From Candidatus Sulfotelmatobacter sp. (GTDB taxonomy: Bacteria > Acidobacteriota > Terriglobia > Terriglobales > Acidobacteriaceae), in NCBI GenBank assembly GCA_030041415.1, contig JASHNX010000014.1, positions 14,161-78,160 on the forward strand: a stretch of 64,000 nt of DNA, given 5' to 3'. Below are positions 44,862-54,849 of this stretch, in pieces (within the stretch, counting starts at the first letter, position 1; the number at the start of each line of letters is the position of its first letter). The notes under the pieces are model-generated. The model made no database searches, was not told the DNA's origin, and worked only from the letters and a program-made list of their open reading frames with translations. Position numbers and translations under genes: made by a program.

Positions 44862-46223
44862 TCATTCCGAACCGGTACGAAGAACCGGTGAAGAACCTGC
44901 CTTTCCTGACCAAGCTTCCACAGCCGCTGCCATTACCACCTTCAGCGGCACCCGATGCTCCGCGGCGATACGCCGGCAATCTTCATACTCAGGAGCATAA
45001 TTTGTAATCGCGCCGTTCATGCTGGCGATTTTGATTCGAATCTCACCCCACAGGGTGGAAACTTTTTCCCATCGCCGCGCTAAAATCTGGCGGCGTTCTT
45101 CACGGCGACGCACGCCCAACGTGGTGGTTTCGGCGAAGATCAGTTGGGTTAATTTGGCTTCGTGATCGGGAGCGCACAGCACAGTTAGCAGCATTCCCGG
45201 ACGATTCTTTTTCATCTGCACCGGCACGCCGAACGCGTCGAGCGCGCCTTCTTCGAGCAACCGGTCGATGACATAGCCAAAGACCTGGGGATTCAGATCG
45301 TCCAGATTTGCTTCCAGCACTGTGATCGTTTCCGACGCGGTCTTTGCAGCGAGAGCGTGCGAAGATGCCTCGCCGATCGTCAAGCGCAAGACATTTGGAT
45401 GCGCGGGAAAATCGCGCGATCCAGCGCCAAAGCCCGATTTCTCGACCGTCATCTCGGGAAAGGAAGCAAATCGCGAAGCCAGGGTTTTTACGATGGCAGC
45501 GCCGGTCGGAGTCACCAGTTCGGCCTGGATTCCGGTCGAGTAGACCGGCGCATCAGCCAGCAGCAAAAGAGTTGCCGGAGCGGGGATGGGAAGCGTGCCG
45601 TGAGCGCACTTCACGGTTCCACCGCCAACGTTCAGCGGCGAGCAAATAATCTCGTCGAGTCCCAAAGCCTCCGCACCGACGGCCGCGGAGACGATATCGA
45701 CCATCGCGTCGACCGCGCCGACTTCGTGAAAGTGCACGTGATCGAGAGAGGTGTTGTGAATCTTTGCTTCGGCCCGACCGAGCGCGGTGAAGATGGCAAT
45801 CGCGGTGCTTTTCGCCCGTTGTGAAATCGCGGCGGCGGAAATGATTTGCTTTATCTCGGTGAGCGTTCGACCGTGGCCGTCGCCGTGCTTGCGAGGCAGG
45901 TGCTCGTTTGACTCGCCTTCGGGGTCATGCGAATGAGAATGCCCGTGATGGTGCGTGCGGGCCTTTGCAGAAGCAGTTTGCGAAGCGAGTTCCTGCTCCC
46001 AGAATTCTTCCCGTGGCAAGTCCTTCTCGCCGTTCACCCAAACGTCGGCTTTGGTGGCCGAGATTCCACTGCGCGCGACCTGTGAAAATTCCAGCCGCGC
46101 GCCGATATCGAGAGCTGCTACTGCATCGCGGAGGATTTGCAGCGAGACTCCGGCATCGACAAGTGCGCCCATAAACATGTCGCCGCTGATACCGGAGAAA
46201 CATTCGAGATAGGCGATGCGCAT
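44862..46223 (-). CDS. larC: nickel-pincer cofactor nickel-insertion protein LarC (DUF111)
   Basis: The MRIAYLECFSGISGDMFMGALVDAGV N-terminus is followed by a His-rich stretch THHHGHSHSHD. 453 aa. Confidence 0.85.
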   Translation of the reverse strand: MRIAYLECFSGISGDMFMGALVDAGVSLQILRDAVAALDIGARLEFSQVARSGISATKADVWVNGEKDLPREEFWEQELASQTASAKARTHHHGHSHSHDPEGESNEHLPRKHGDGHGRTLTEIKQIISAAAISQRAKSTAIAIFTALGRAEAKIHNTSLDHVHFHEVGAVDAMVDIVSAAVGAEALGLDEIICSPLNVGGGTVKCAHGTLPIPAPATLLLLADAPVYSTGIQAELVTPTGAAIVKTLASRFASFPEMTVEKSGFGAGSRDFPAHPNVLRLTIGEASSHALAAKTASETITVLEANLDDLNPQVFGYVIDRLLEEGALDAFGVPVQMKKNRPGMLLTVLCAPDHEAKLTQLIFAETTTLGVRRREERRQILARRWEKVSTLWGEIRIKIASMNGAITNYAPEYEDCRRIAAEHRVPLKVVMAAAVEAWSGKAGSSPVLRTGSE

Positions 46224-46409
46224 AGGGGAAAACGGTCGTTAGTCGTTCGTTTTGGGCCGTCCGCTTTTGAAATGAAAGCGCGAGCGCCGGTGGGGCCATC
46301 GACTAACGATAGAACTTTCATCATAGGAAACGGCGCATCGTGCGTCAAACCGGCAGCCCTACGTGCTCTGCTAGAATCACTATCTTCACCAACACTTCTG
46401 AGGAGAGCC

Positions 46410-48428
46410 TTGTACCGTTATCTTGAGCAGCGTCTTGCCGTGCGCATAATGGAATTTCTGCGGCAGCGCTATCCGGAGACGGCGCTGCCTGCGGTCGTGA
46501 TCGAGCAACCCCCGAAGGTGGCGCTCGGTGATTTTGCAATTCCGCTTTTTCCCTTTGCCAAGCCCTTGCGCAGTGCGCCACTGAAGATTGCGGAATCGAT
46601 TCGTTCGGAAATTGGCAGCATTGAAGGCATCGCAGAGTTTAGAGTTGCGCCTCCCGGTTATCTGAATGTGAGGATCGATCGAGCGTGGCTGGCTCTGGCT
46701 CAGGCTCTCGCTCGCGACCATGTGCCGAAGGAAGAGGCCACGTCTGGAAAAATTCTTGTTGAGCACACCAGCATCAATCCCAACAAAGCGGCCCACATTG
46801 GACATTTGCGAAATGCGGTGCTGGGAGACACGTTCGTGCGATTGCTGCGCTACGCCGGACGGGAAGTCGACGTGCAGAACTACATCGACAACACCGGCGT
46901 GCAGGTTGCGGATGTGGTGGTTGGCTTTACGCATCTCGTGAAGAAATCGCGACCCGAGATTGATGTGCTCGCTCGCGAGCCGCGCTTCGATTACTACTGT
47001 TGGGATTTATATGCGCGGGTGTCGCAGTGGTACGCGCAGGATAAGCAGAATCTGCAGGCGCGATCGGAAACACTGCATGCCATCGAGGCGGGCAACAATG
47101 AGACGGCGGCTGTCGCGGAGACGATCGCGAGCGCGGTTCTGCGGCGGCATCTCGAAACCATGGAGCGCCTCGATATCGAATACGACTTTCTGCCGCGCGA
47201 GAGCGAAATTCTGCATTTGCATTTTTGGGACGCGGCTTTCACGAAGTTGAAAAGCGCAGGTGTGCTTACTTATGAGAACGACGGCAAGAATAAGGGATGC
47301 TGGGTGATGCGGCGTGCGGGAACAGGGAAGTCCGAAGGCCAACAGGCCGAGCAAGCTTTGGTCCAGGAATCCGGCGGCGAGCGGGTTTTAGAAGAGGAAG
47401 ACCAGAAAGTCATTGTGCGCTCAAACGGCACGGTCGGCTATGTCGGCAAAGACATCGCCTATCACATGTGGAAGTTTGGATTGCTGGGGCAAGATTTTGG
47501 CTATCGAAAATTCTATCGATACCCCAACCAGCACGAATGCTGGATTTCTGCGATCGAGGGCGAGAAGCATCATCCCCATTTTGGTGGCGTCGCGGAAGTC
47601 TACAACGTGATCGATGCGCGGCAGTCGGAGGCGCAAAGCACGGTGATCGAAGCTCTGCGAGAATTGGGCCATAACGAAGCCGCCGATCACTACACGCATT
47701 TTTCCTATGAGATGGTTGCGCTTACGCCGCGGTGCGCCGCCGAACTTGGCTACGCGCTGAGTGAGGAAGACAAGACGCGGCCGTACGTCGAGGTCAGCGG
47801 GCGCAAGGGATTTGGCGTGAAGGCAGACGATCTGATCGATCAACTGATCGTCTCGGCGAAAAGCGAAGTCGATTCGCGACATCCAGAATTAGGGGATGAA
47901 GAGCGGCGATCGATTGCCCGGCAAATTGCGGTGGGCGCATTGCGGTATTTCATGCTGAAGTACACCAAGCAGTCGGTGATTGCGTTCGACTTCAAAGACG
48001 CGTTGAGCTTTGAAGGCGAGACGGGACCTTACGCGCAGTATGCCGTGGTACGCGCCAACGGAATCTTTAATAAGGCCGCTCTGGACGCGGACGAGTTTGC
48101 AAGAAACGTTGCGAACAAGATTCCGGCAGAGGAGTTTTCGCAATTTCTAAATGGAGAGGCAACCGATGAAATCTGGGAGCTTTGGCTGTCCTCGTCGAAG
48201 ACATCGTATGTCGTGAATCAGTGCATCGCGACGACGGAACCCGCTTATCTCGCGAAACACGCGTTTCAGTTGGCACAGCTTTTCAACGCTTTCTATCATC
48301 GTCATCCAATTCTGAGCGAACCGAACGAGAAGAGAAAACAATTTCTGCTGGCGACCGTCGCGGTGGTCCGGCGAGAGTTGACTCGCACGCTGGCGGTCAT
48401 GGGGATCACTGTGCCGCCGGTTATGTAG
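46410..48428 (+). CDS. argS: arginine--tRNA ligase
   Basis: The HIGH motif is in HTSINPNKAAHIGHLRNAVLGD. A C-terminal DALR anticodon-binding region contains IAVGALRYFMLKY and LAQLFNAFYH. The track start 46137 overlaps larC. The TTG at 46410 is preceded by GAGGAG at a 4-nt spacing, and the ATG at 46449 is the alternative. Confidence 0.9.
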   Translation: MYRYLEQRLAVRIMEFLRQRYPETALPAVVIEQPPKVALGDFAIPLFPFAKPLRSAPLKIAESIRSEIGSIEGIAEFRVAPPGYLNVRIDRAWLALAQALARDHVPKEEATSGKILVEHTSINPNKAAHIGHLRNAVLGDTFVRLLRYAGREVDVQNYIDNTGVQVADVVVGFTHLVKKSRPEIDVLAREPRFDYYCWDLYARVSQWYAQDKQNLQARSETLHAIEAGNNETAAVAETIASAVLRRHLETMERLDIEYDFLPRESEILHLHFWDAAFTKLKSAGVLTYENDGKNKGCWVMRRAGTGKSEGQQAEQALVQESGGERVLEEEDQKVIVRSNGTVGYVGKDIAYHMWKFGLLGQDFGYRKFYRYPNQHECWISAIEGEKHHPHFGGVAEVYNVIDARQSEAQSTVIEALRELGHNEAADHYTHFSYEMVALTPRCAAELGYALSEEDKTRPYVEVSGRKGFGVKADDLIDQLIVSAKSEVDSRHPELGDEERRSIARQIAVGALRYFMLKYTKQSVIAFDFKDALSFEGETGPYAQYAVVRANGIFNKAALDADEFARNVANKIPAEEFSQFLNGEATDEIWELWLSSSKTSYVVNQCIATTEPAYLAKHAFQLAQLFNAFYHRHPILSEPNEKRKQFLLATVAVVRRELTRTLAVMGITVPPVM

Positions 48429-48458
48429 GAGCTGTTCATCGAGAAAGTAGAATTTCTC

Positions 48459-49484
48459 TTGTCCTCAAATGCCATACCGCCTGCCAACCTTTCAACGCCG
48501 CCGAACATACTGAGAAAGATCGGCCTGGTACTGTTCTCTGCTTTAATTGCGATTGCGCTGACTGGAGCGATCTACCAAATCCGTGCCACTCGGCACGACC
48601 AGCGCGCTTATCCAATGCCGGGGCGATTGGTCGATGTAGGTGGATACAAGATGCACATCGACTGCGCTGGAGAGGGGAGTCCGGCGGTGATTCTGGATTC
48701 GGGGTTGGGAGACGGATATCGCTCCTGGCGTAAGGTGCAGCCGCAAATCGCCCAGCTGACGCGTGTATGTTCTTACGACCGCGCCGGAGTTGGCTATAGC
48801 GATTCGAGCCCGAAGCTGCGGACTAGCAAAGTGTTTGCCGAAGAGCTGCACGCGCTTCTGCAGAACGCGCGCGTGCCGCCGCCGTACGTTCTCGTTGGCC
48901 ACTCGATGGGCGGATACGACGTGAGGCTCTTCGCCAGCCAGTACGGGAATGAAGCCGTGGGGATGGTTCTAGTCGACTCATCGCACCCCGAGCAGGAGAA
49001 GCGGTTGCCTCCGATGCTGAAAGATCTCGACCGTACCTGGATTCGCGAACAGGAATTTTTCGAATTCACCATGCCGTTCGGATTGCCGCGGCTGCTAGGC
49101 TTCTGTTCGCGGGATGGGGAAGAGCGCGCTGCGGAGTGCAATTTTCACAGCGTGAGGGAAAGCGTTGCGGAACTGAAATCGATTTCGGCTAGCGCAGCGG
49201 AGACTGCGGCCGCCGGCTCGCTCGGCAATATGCCGCTGGTTGTTCTGTCGCAAGATCCTGATGCGCCGCAATACGATCTGCCGGAAGACCTGGTTAAGCC
49301 AACGAATGAAGCGTGGGGGCAGATGCAGACCGAACTGGCGCGGCTTTCAACCAGAGGAACCCGAGTGATCGCCAAAAACAGCGGACACTACATTCAACTG
49401 GATCGTCCGGATCTGGTCGTGGATGCGATCCGAAAGGTTGTCAATGAGGCCCGGCAACCTCCGACGCCTGCCGATTACAATTAA
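48459..49484 (+). CDS. membrane-anchored alpha/beta hydrolase
   Basis: TM anchor IGLVLFSALIAIALTGAIY. Motifs are AVILDSGLGD and the nucleophile elbow LVGHSMGG. The track start is a TTG and is uncertain. Confidence 0.8.
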   Translation: MSSNAIPPANLSTPPNILRKIGLVLFSALIAIALTGAIYQIRATRHDQRAYPMPGRLVDVGGYKMHIDCAGEGSPAVILDSGLGDGYRSWRKVQPQIAQLTRVCSYDRAGVGYSDSSPKLRTSKVFAEELHALLQNARVPPPYVLVGHSMGGYDVRLFASQYGNEAVGMVLVDSSHPEQEKRLPPMLKDLDRTWIREQEFFEFTMPFGLPRLLGFCSRDGEERAAECNFHSVRESVAELKSISASAAETAAAGSLGNMPLVVLSQDPDAPQYDLPEDLVKPTNEAWGQMQTELARLSTRGTRVIAKNSGHYIQLDRPDLVVDAIRKVVNEARQPPTPADYN

Positions 49485-49504
49485 TCTCGTTGAGGAATCA
49501 CGTT

Positions 49505-49780
49505 ATGTGCAGAAATATCAAAACGCTTTTTAACTTCGATCCTCCGGTGAATGAAGAGGAGATTCACGCGGCGTCGCTGCAGTTTGTGCGGAAGATTACC
49601 GGCTTCAATAAACCGTCGAAAGCCAACGAAGCCGCTTTCGCGGCCGCGATCGACGAAATCGCAGAAATTTCCGGAAAATTATTGCACTCGCTCGAAACCA
49701 CCGCGCCACCGAAGAATCGCGAAGAAGAGGCGGCGAAAGCCAAAGCTCGCGCCGCCGTGCGTTTCGGCAGCGCGAACTAG
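49505..49780 (+). CDS. DUF2277 family protein
   Basis: MCRNIKTLFNFDPPVNEEEIHAASLQFVRKITGFNKPSKANEAAF is the conserved DUF2277 N-terminus. Confidence 0.75.
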   Translation: MCRNIKTLFNFDPPVNEEEIHAASLQFVRKITGFNKPSKANEAAFAAAIDEIAEISGKLLHSLETTAPPKNREEEAAKAKARAAVRFGSAN

Positions 49781-51294
49781 CCCGCGAAACCTCTCACGAA
49801 CTCCACCAGGCTGCGCAACGCGATGCCAGATGGGCCTTTTGCGATCCACGGCTTCTGCTCTTCCATCCAAGCCGTGCCTGCAATGTCGAGGTGAATCCAC
49901 GGAGTGTCTTCGGCAAATTCCTGCAAGAACATGGCTGCGTTAATGGCCCCGCCCCAACGCCCACCGGTGTTCATGATGTCGGCGATGGAGGAACGAATCT
50001 GGTCCATGTATTCCTCGTCGAGCGGCAGGCGCCACATTTTTTCGCCAGCCTCCAAGTTCGCCTTATGGAAGCGCTCGTAGATGGCGTCATCGTTTGCGAA
50101 AACGCCTGCGTTCAACATTCCCAGTGCCACGACTACCGCGCCAGTGAGGGTGGCGGCATCGACCAGATGAGTGCATCCGAGTTGCTTGGCATAATGCAAG
50201 CCGTCGGCGAGCACGAGCCTGCCTTCCGCATCGGTGTTGATGATTTCGATCGATTTGCCGGACATGGCGATCTGCACGTCGCCCGGTTTCTGCGCGTGGC
50301 CGGAAGGCATATTTTCCGTGGCGCAAACGATGCCGATCACTTTTACTTTGGGCTTGAGCAGCGCAATCGCGCGCATAGTGGCGATCATGGTCGCGCCGCC
50401 CGCCATGTCGTATTTCATTTTTTCCATGCCGTCAGCGGGCTTGATTGAAATGCCGCCGGTGTCGAACGTAATGCCTTTACCGACCAGTCCGATGACAGGT
50501 TTCTGAGGTGCGCCAGACGGCTCGTACTTCATGACGATTAACGCGGGCGGTTCGTCGGAGCCTTGCGCGACGCTCCAGAACGCGCCCATCTTCATTTCTT
50601 TGATTTTGTCCGCGCCGTAGACTTCGCACTGGAGGCCAACTTCCGAGCACATTTTTTTGGCGCGCTCGGCGAGGATCGTGGGCGTCATGCGATTGGATGG
50701 TTCATTGACCAGATCGCGGGCAAAATTCTGCGATTCGCCAATGATCTGTGCCTCGCCGGCAGCTTTTTCCAGGTCCGCCTTGTTCTCATTCTTGCCTGCA
50801 ACGATGGTGAGGTCGTCGATCTTCTGATTCTTGCGATCACTGCGGTAGTAGTCAGGATCGAAATTTCCCACCAGCGCGCCTTCGACGATAGCGCGAGTGG
50901 CCTCGTCAGCCGGAATTTGCGGAGGAGCGATGAATGCCAGGCTGCGCAGTCCGCGCGACTTCAGCGTGCGCACGGCCGCACCCGCGATACGGCGCAAATC
51001 GTAGCTGGAAAATTTCTTGGTCGAACCCGCACTCACCAGCAGGAGGCGTTTTGCTTTCACTCCAGAAGGCTTATGCAGCAGATTGGTCTCGAACGTCTTC
51101 CCGGTGAGCTCGCCACTCGCTAGCAGATCGGCGGCAGCAGCTTGCACGGCCGGATCGTCGACCGCGAGCTTGAGCTGTGGTTTCGCGTTTTTGTTCTTTT
51201 CGCTTTGGGCCGGATCGGCGTGGTTGAGAACGATAGCGACAAGTGATTCGGTTTCCAGTTGAGCAGGGGTAGAAACAGTGATAGTAGTTTTCAT
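49777..51294 (-). CDS. pepA: leucyl aminopeptidase (M17)
   Basis: M17 metal and active-site blocks are LVGKGITFDTGGISIKP, MKYDMAGGA, NTDAEGRLVLADGL and HLDIAGTAW. ATG at 51294 (MKTTITVST). Confidence 0.92.
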   Translation of the reverse strand: MKTTITVSTPAQLETESLVAIVLNHADPAQSEKNKNAKPQLKLAVDDPAVQAAAADLLASGELTGKTFETNLLHKPSGVKAKRLLLVSAGSTKKFSSYDLRRIAGAAVRTLKSRGLRSLAFIAPPQIPADEATRAIVEGALVGNFDPDYYRSDRKNQKIDDLTIVAGKNENKADLEKAAGEAQIIGESQNFARDLVNEPSNRMTPTILAERAKKMCSEVGLQCEVYGADKIKEMKMGAFWSVAQGSDEPPALIVMKYEPSGAPQKPVIGLVGKGITFDTGGISIKPADGMEKMKYDMAGGATMIATMRAIALLKPKVKVIGIVCATENMPSGHAQKPGDVQIAMSGKSIEIINTDAEGRLVLADGLHYAKQLGCTHLVDAATLTGAVVVALGMLNAGVFANDDAIYERFHKANLEAGEKMWRLPLDEEYMDQIRSSIADIMNTGGRWGGAINAAMFLQEFAEDTPWIHLDIAGTAWMEEQKPWIAKGPSGIALRSLVEFVRGFAG

Positions 51295-51459
51295 AATGTC
51301 TTTTTCGAACGATTGAGCAATATTCCAGTATCGTCGGCAGGCAAGGAATTGCGCAAGCGGCGGGCGGGCAGCAAAAGAATGTCGGCCACCAGCCGCTAAA
51401 AACAAGCCGAGAATCGCAAGGGCGCCGATCGCTGGCGGCCCTGTACCCGAATATTTTGC

Positions 51460-52005
51460 CTAGTTTGCAACGCGCGAAACTCTGAACGCCGACGACTGCA
51501 CCAGGTATTTGCCCTCGTCAGGATTGACCTGGTCGAGATCGAGCGAAAAGCTCGATCCGCCGTTTGTGCCTCCATGCTCGGTGATTCGTGCTCGGAAGTA
51601 ATAGCTGTGCCCAGCTTCGGCGGTAAAGCCGGCGAAGGCAGCCTTCTTCGAGTAGGTCTTGAATACCGACTGCCAATTGGCGCACAGGTGGTGCTCGCCG
51701 GGATCGACCGTGAATGCAAAGTATGAATTGCCTTTATTCGCTCCAACCCAGGTCCCGTCCATTCCGATGCGCAGGGTGGGGCGGGCCAGTTGGTTCGGCA
51801 CCCTATCAAAGACTTCGATCACGTACACCTGGCTCTTGTTCACCTCCGGAGTGATCGCTGGAGCTGCGGCAGTCTGTGTATCGAAATGTGAAGTGGCTGG
51901 ACCGCAAGCCGACAGAGCCGGTTGGTCTCGAGCAGGTTGGCCTTGGGCGATAGTCAAGCCGCAATTACAAACGACGAGGCAGATTACAACGAGAGTGGCT
52001 CGCAT
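51460..52005 (-). CDS. secreted DUF2846-like protein (paralog of 21673..22203)
   Basis: ATG at 52005 is preceded by GGGAGGA. Signal peptide MRATLVVICLVVCNCGLTIAQG. The core is RIGMDGTWVGANKGNSYFAFTVDPGEHHLCANWQS...AEAGHSYYFR. Confidence 0.6.
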   Translation of the reverse strand: MRATLVVICLVVCNCGLTIAQGQPARDQPALSACGPATSHFDTQTAAAPAITPEVNKSQVYVIEVFDRVPNQLARPTLRIGMDGTWVGANKGNSYFAFTVDPGEHHLCANWQSVFKTYSKKAAFAGFTAEAGHSYYFRARITEHGGTNGGSSFSLDLDQVNPDEGKYLVQSSAFRVSRVAN

Positions 52006-52133
52006 AGCTGTCCTCCCGCCGGTGGCTGCCGCTGCCATCACGGCAGACTGGCTAATCCATAGGATAGCTGGACCACGTCAAGGGATGTATAAAGTCGGTC
52101 AAGTTCGGTAAAAAGGGAGCTGAATCGGCGCGA

Positions 52134-52604
52134 TCACGCCGAGATGGCGCTGGGAAAACGCGTCTCGAAATCGAGCAAGCCGACCCATTCCGGCGTGATC
52201 GTGATGCGGACCATGCTCGAAATCATACCGCGAAGCTGGCTGAGCCATCCTTCTGCCATGGCGGCGTCAAAATAACGTCCGGCTGCCTTTTCGTATTCGG
52301 GAACGATTCCTTTGACGTCCTCCAACCGCGCCGTGCCGCGAATCAACAAGACTTTATGCGGAAATGTGTTGTCGTCAATGGTGAGCGATACCTTCGGATT
52401 CTTCCTGAGCGCTTTCAGCTTCGGCGCCTTTGGCGGAGATGCCATGACGATTTCGCGGCCGTTCCAGTGAAACCAGATGGGGACCACCCGCGGAGTTCCG
52501 TCCATCCAGACATAGGCGAGGCGCGCGGGAATCTTAGAGTGCAGAAGTTCCTGCGATGCGGGATGTTGCAGCAGGTCCAGACTGCCTTGTTTGACTGCTT
52601 TCAT
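52134..52604 (-). CDS. pyridoxamine 5'-phosphate oxidase (PNPOx-like FMN/F420-binding split-barrel) family protein
   Basis: ARLAYVWMDGTPRVVPIWFHWNGREIVMASPPKAPKLKALRKNPKVSLTID. ATG at 52604 is preceded by GGAGGTG. Confidence 0.7.
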   Translation of the reverse strand: MKAVKQGSLDLLQHPASQELLHSKIPARLAYVWMDGTPRVVPIWFHWNGREIVMASPPKAPKLKALRKNPKVSLTIDDNTFPHKVLLIRGTARLEDVKGIVPEYEKAAGRYFDAAMAEGWLSQLRGMISSMVRITITPEWVGLLDFETRFPSAISA

Positions 52605-52749
52605 AAACACCTCCGGAGTGCGTTCCGTCTTTTCACCGGATTGAAAACAACCCTCGGGACTCTGCGTATCTCAATGTGGGCAATGACTGTCGATTCGCGC
52701 CTTAGGGTATCATTCCTCTTCCACATGCTTCCATGGGGAAAGTGAACTT

Positions 52750-54831
52750 ATGCGGATGTTCTGGATCATTTTGCTTGTCCCGTTGATTTCGGTGATCGCG
52801 ATTACCTTGGCGGTGCGCGAGCAGGCCGCGAAAGCGGCTTCGGATCAGAAAGCGCGCGCTGTCCCTGCTTCAAAAATGGCCGCTGCCGCCCCCGCCGCTG
52901 GACAAACCGAGCAGAATGGCTCGCTGACGATTCCGGACACGACGCTGGCCATTAACTCCGATAAGCCGATGTCCGAGCGCGTAGTGCATTATGAGATCGA
53001 CGCGCACTACGATGCGAAAACGCATACCGTCAATGCAAATGAAGTTCTCACCTATCACAATTTGACCGGACAGGCGCTCGATCATTTTCCTTTCCATCTC
53101 TATCAGAATGCCTTCGAGCCAAACGCGACCTGGATGCGTGAGGCGAAGATCGAAGGCAGCCGCGACATGAGTTACGACAAGTGGGAAGAAAAGGAATACG
53201 GATCGGAGACGATCAACAAGATCGAAGTCGTGGGTCAGGGCGATCTGACGGGCCAGTTGCACTACATTCAGCCGGACGACGGAAATAAAGACGATAAGAC
53301 AGTGATCGACTTGCCAGTTGCGAAGCCAATTCAGGCGGGCGCGTATGTGCAGTTCAAGATTGCCTTTGAGACCAAGTTTCCTGAAACGCAGGCGCGCTCC
53401 GGATGGAAACGCGATTTCGTGCTGGGCGGGCAATGGTTTCCGAAGGTCGGCGTGTGGTGGCATGGAGCGTGGAATTGCCATCAATATCACGCGACGACGG
53501 AGTTTTTTGCCGACTTCGGAGTCTACGACGTTAAGTTGACCCTGCCACAAGATGAAGTCGCGGGAGCGAGCGGAGTAAAAGTTGGCGAGGCGAATAACTC
53601 CGACGGGACCAAGACGTTTACTTATCACGGCGATGACATTCACGACTTCGCCTGGACGGCGAGCCCTCGCTACAAAGTGAAAGACGCCGTTTATCAGGCG
53701 CAGATGGGGCCGGTGCAAATGCGGATTCTGATGCAGCCGGCGCACTGGAGCCAGGTTGATCGTCACGAAAAAATTCTGCGCGAGTCGCTGGAACACTTCG
53801 AGAGCTGGTATGGGCCTTATCCCTATAAGACGATCACGCTGGTCGATCCCGAGCCGGATTCGGCGGCCGGAGGGATGGAATACCCGACATTCATTACCGG
53901 AGAAACAAGCTGGTTCATGCCGGAGGGCCTTTACATGCCCGAGGTCGTAGTCGAGCACGAGTTCGGCCACCAGTACTGGTACGGCATGGTCGCGACCAAC
54001 GAATTCGAAGACGCATGGATGGACGAAGGTATCAACAGCTATACGGAAGTAAAGGTGCTCGATTCCATCCTGGGCCGCGATACATCGATTTTAAGTCTGG
54101 AAGGAGTAACGCTCGGCGATCGCGAATTGCAACGCGGCGACTACGCAGAAGTGTCTGATCTCGATCCCATCGCCGAAAAAGCATACGACTACTACAGTTT
54201 TCAGTCTTACGGCGGAATCACCTACGGCAAAACGACGAGCGTTCTGCTGACGCTCGAAGGCATCATCGGCGAAGATACGATGCAGAAGGCGATGCACGTT
54301 TACTTCATGAAATACCGCTTCACGCATCCGACGAAAGAAGATTTTCTCAAGACGATCGAAGAAGTCTCGGGGAAGAATTTGCGCTGGTATTTCAACCAGG
54401 CGATCTACGGTTCGCAGGTGATGGATTACAAGGTGCTGAAAATCGAATCTTACCCGGTGAACTGGTATGAGCAGAAGAAAGGCTCCGTCCAAACGCCCGA
54501 TAAGAATACGGTTTATCGTTCATTTGTCTGGTTGCAACGCAAAGAAGACTTCGTAATGCCGGTGGATGTTGAAATCAAATTCGATAACGGCGAGAAAGTT
54601 CGCGAACACTGGGATGGCGAGAGCCGCTGGACAAAGCTTGGCCCATACGACAAGAAGGCGAAAGTGACTTCGGCGGAGATCGATCCCGATCATACGATTC
54701 AGATCGATCGAAACGACTTCAATAATAGCGACAGGGACGAGCCGCATCCCAAAGCCGCGCGCAAGCTGGAGAATTACTTTATGTTTATCAGCCAGTGGGT
54801 CGGCCAGGCGTTGGCATGGTGGGGAGTCTAA
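52750..54831 (+). CDS. M1-family zinc metallopeptidase (aminopeptidase N-like), secreted or membrane-anchored
   Basis: HExxH-x18-E is in VVEHEFGHQYWYGMVATNEFEDAWMDEGINSY. GGMEYP is a GAMEN-like exopeptidase motif. N-terminal anchor MRMFWIILLVPLISVIAITLAV. Confidence 0.88.
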   Translation: MRMFWIILLVPLISVIAITLAVREQAAKAASDQKARAVPASKMAAAAPAAGQTEQNGSLTIPDTTLAINSDKPMSERVVHYEIDAHYDAKTHTVNANEVLTYHNLTGQALDHFPFHLYQNAFEPNATWMREAKIEGSRDMSYDKWEEKEYGSETINKIEVVGQGDLTGQLHYIQPDDGNKDDKTVIDLPVAKPIQAGAYVQFKIAFETKFPETQARSGWKRDFVLGGQWFPKVGVWWHGAWNCHQYHATTEFFADFGVYDVKLTLPQDEVAGASGVKVGEANNSDGTKTFTYHGDDIHDFAWTASPRYKVKDAVYQAQMGPVQMRILMQPAHWSQVDRHEKILRESLEHFESWYGPYPYKTITLVDPEPDSAAGGMEYPTFITGETSWFMPEGLYMPEVVVEHEFGHQYWYGMVATNEFEDAWMDEGINSYTEVKVLDSILGRDTSILSLEGVTLGDRELQRGDYAEVSDLDPIAEKAYDYYSFQSYGGITYGKTTSVLLTLEGIIGEDTMQKAMHVYFMKYRFTHPTKEDFLKTIEEVSGKNLRWYFNQAIYGSQVMDYKVLKIESYPVNWYEQKKGSVQTPDKNTVYRSFVWLQRKEDFVMPVDVEIKFDNGEKVREHWDGESRWTKLGPYDKKAKVTSAEIDPDHTIQIDRNDFNNSDRDEPHPKAARKLENYFMFISQWVGQALAWWGV

Positions 54832-54849
54832 ATCAGGGGCAGGGAACTC

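Noticed and set aside
52870-53970. A 366-aa ORF antisense to the M1 peptidase gene. Similar cases are 33564..34493 opposite secA, 13827..14792 opposite the PP2C gene, 28832..29671 opposite the first Xer gene and 30771..31595 opposite the acyl-ligase fusion.
   Set aside because: All lie fully inside genes whose opposite-strand translations carry unambiguous catalytic motifs. Their own products are Arg-rich and motif-free.
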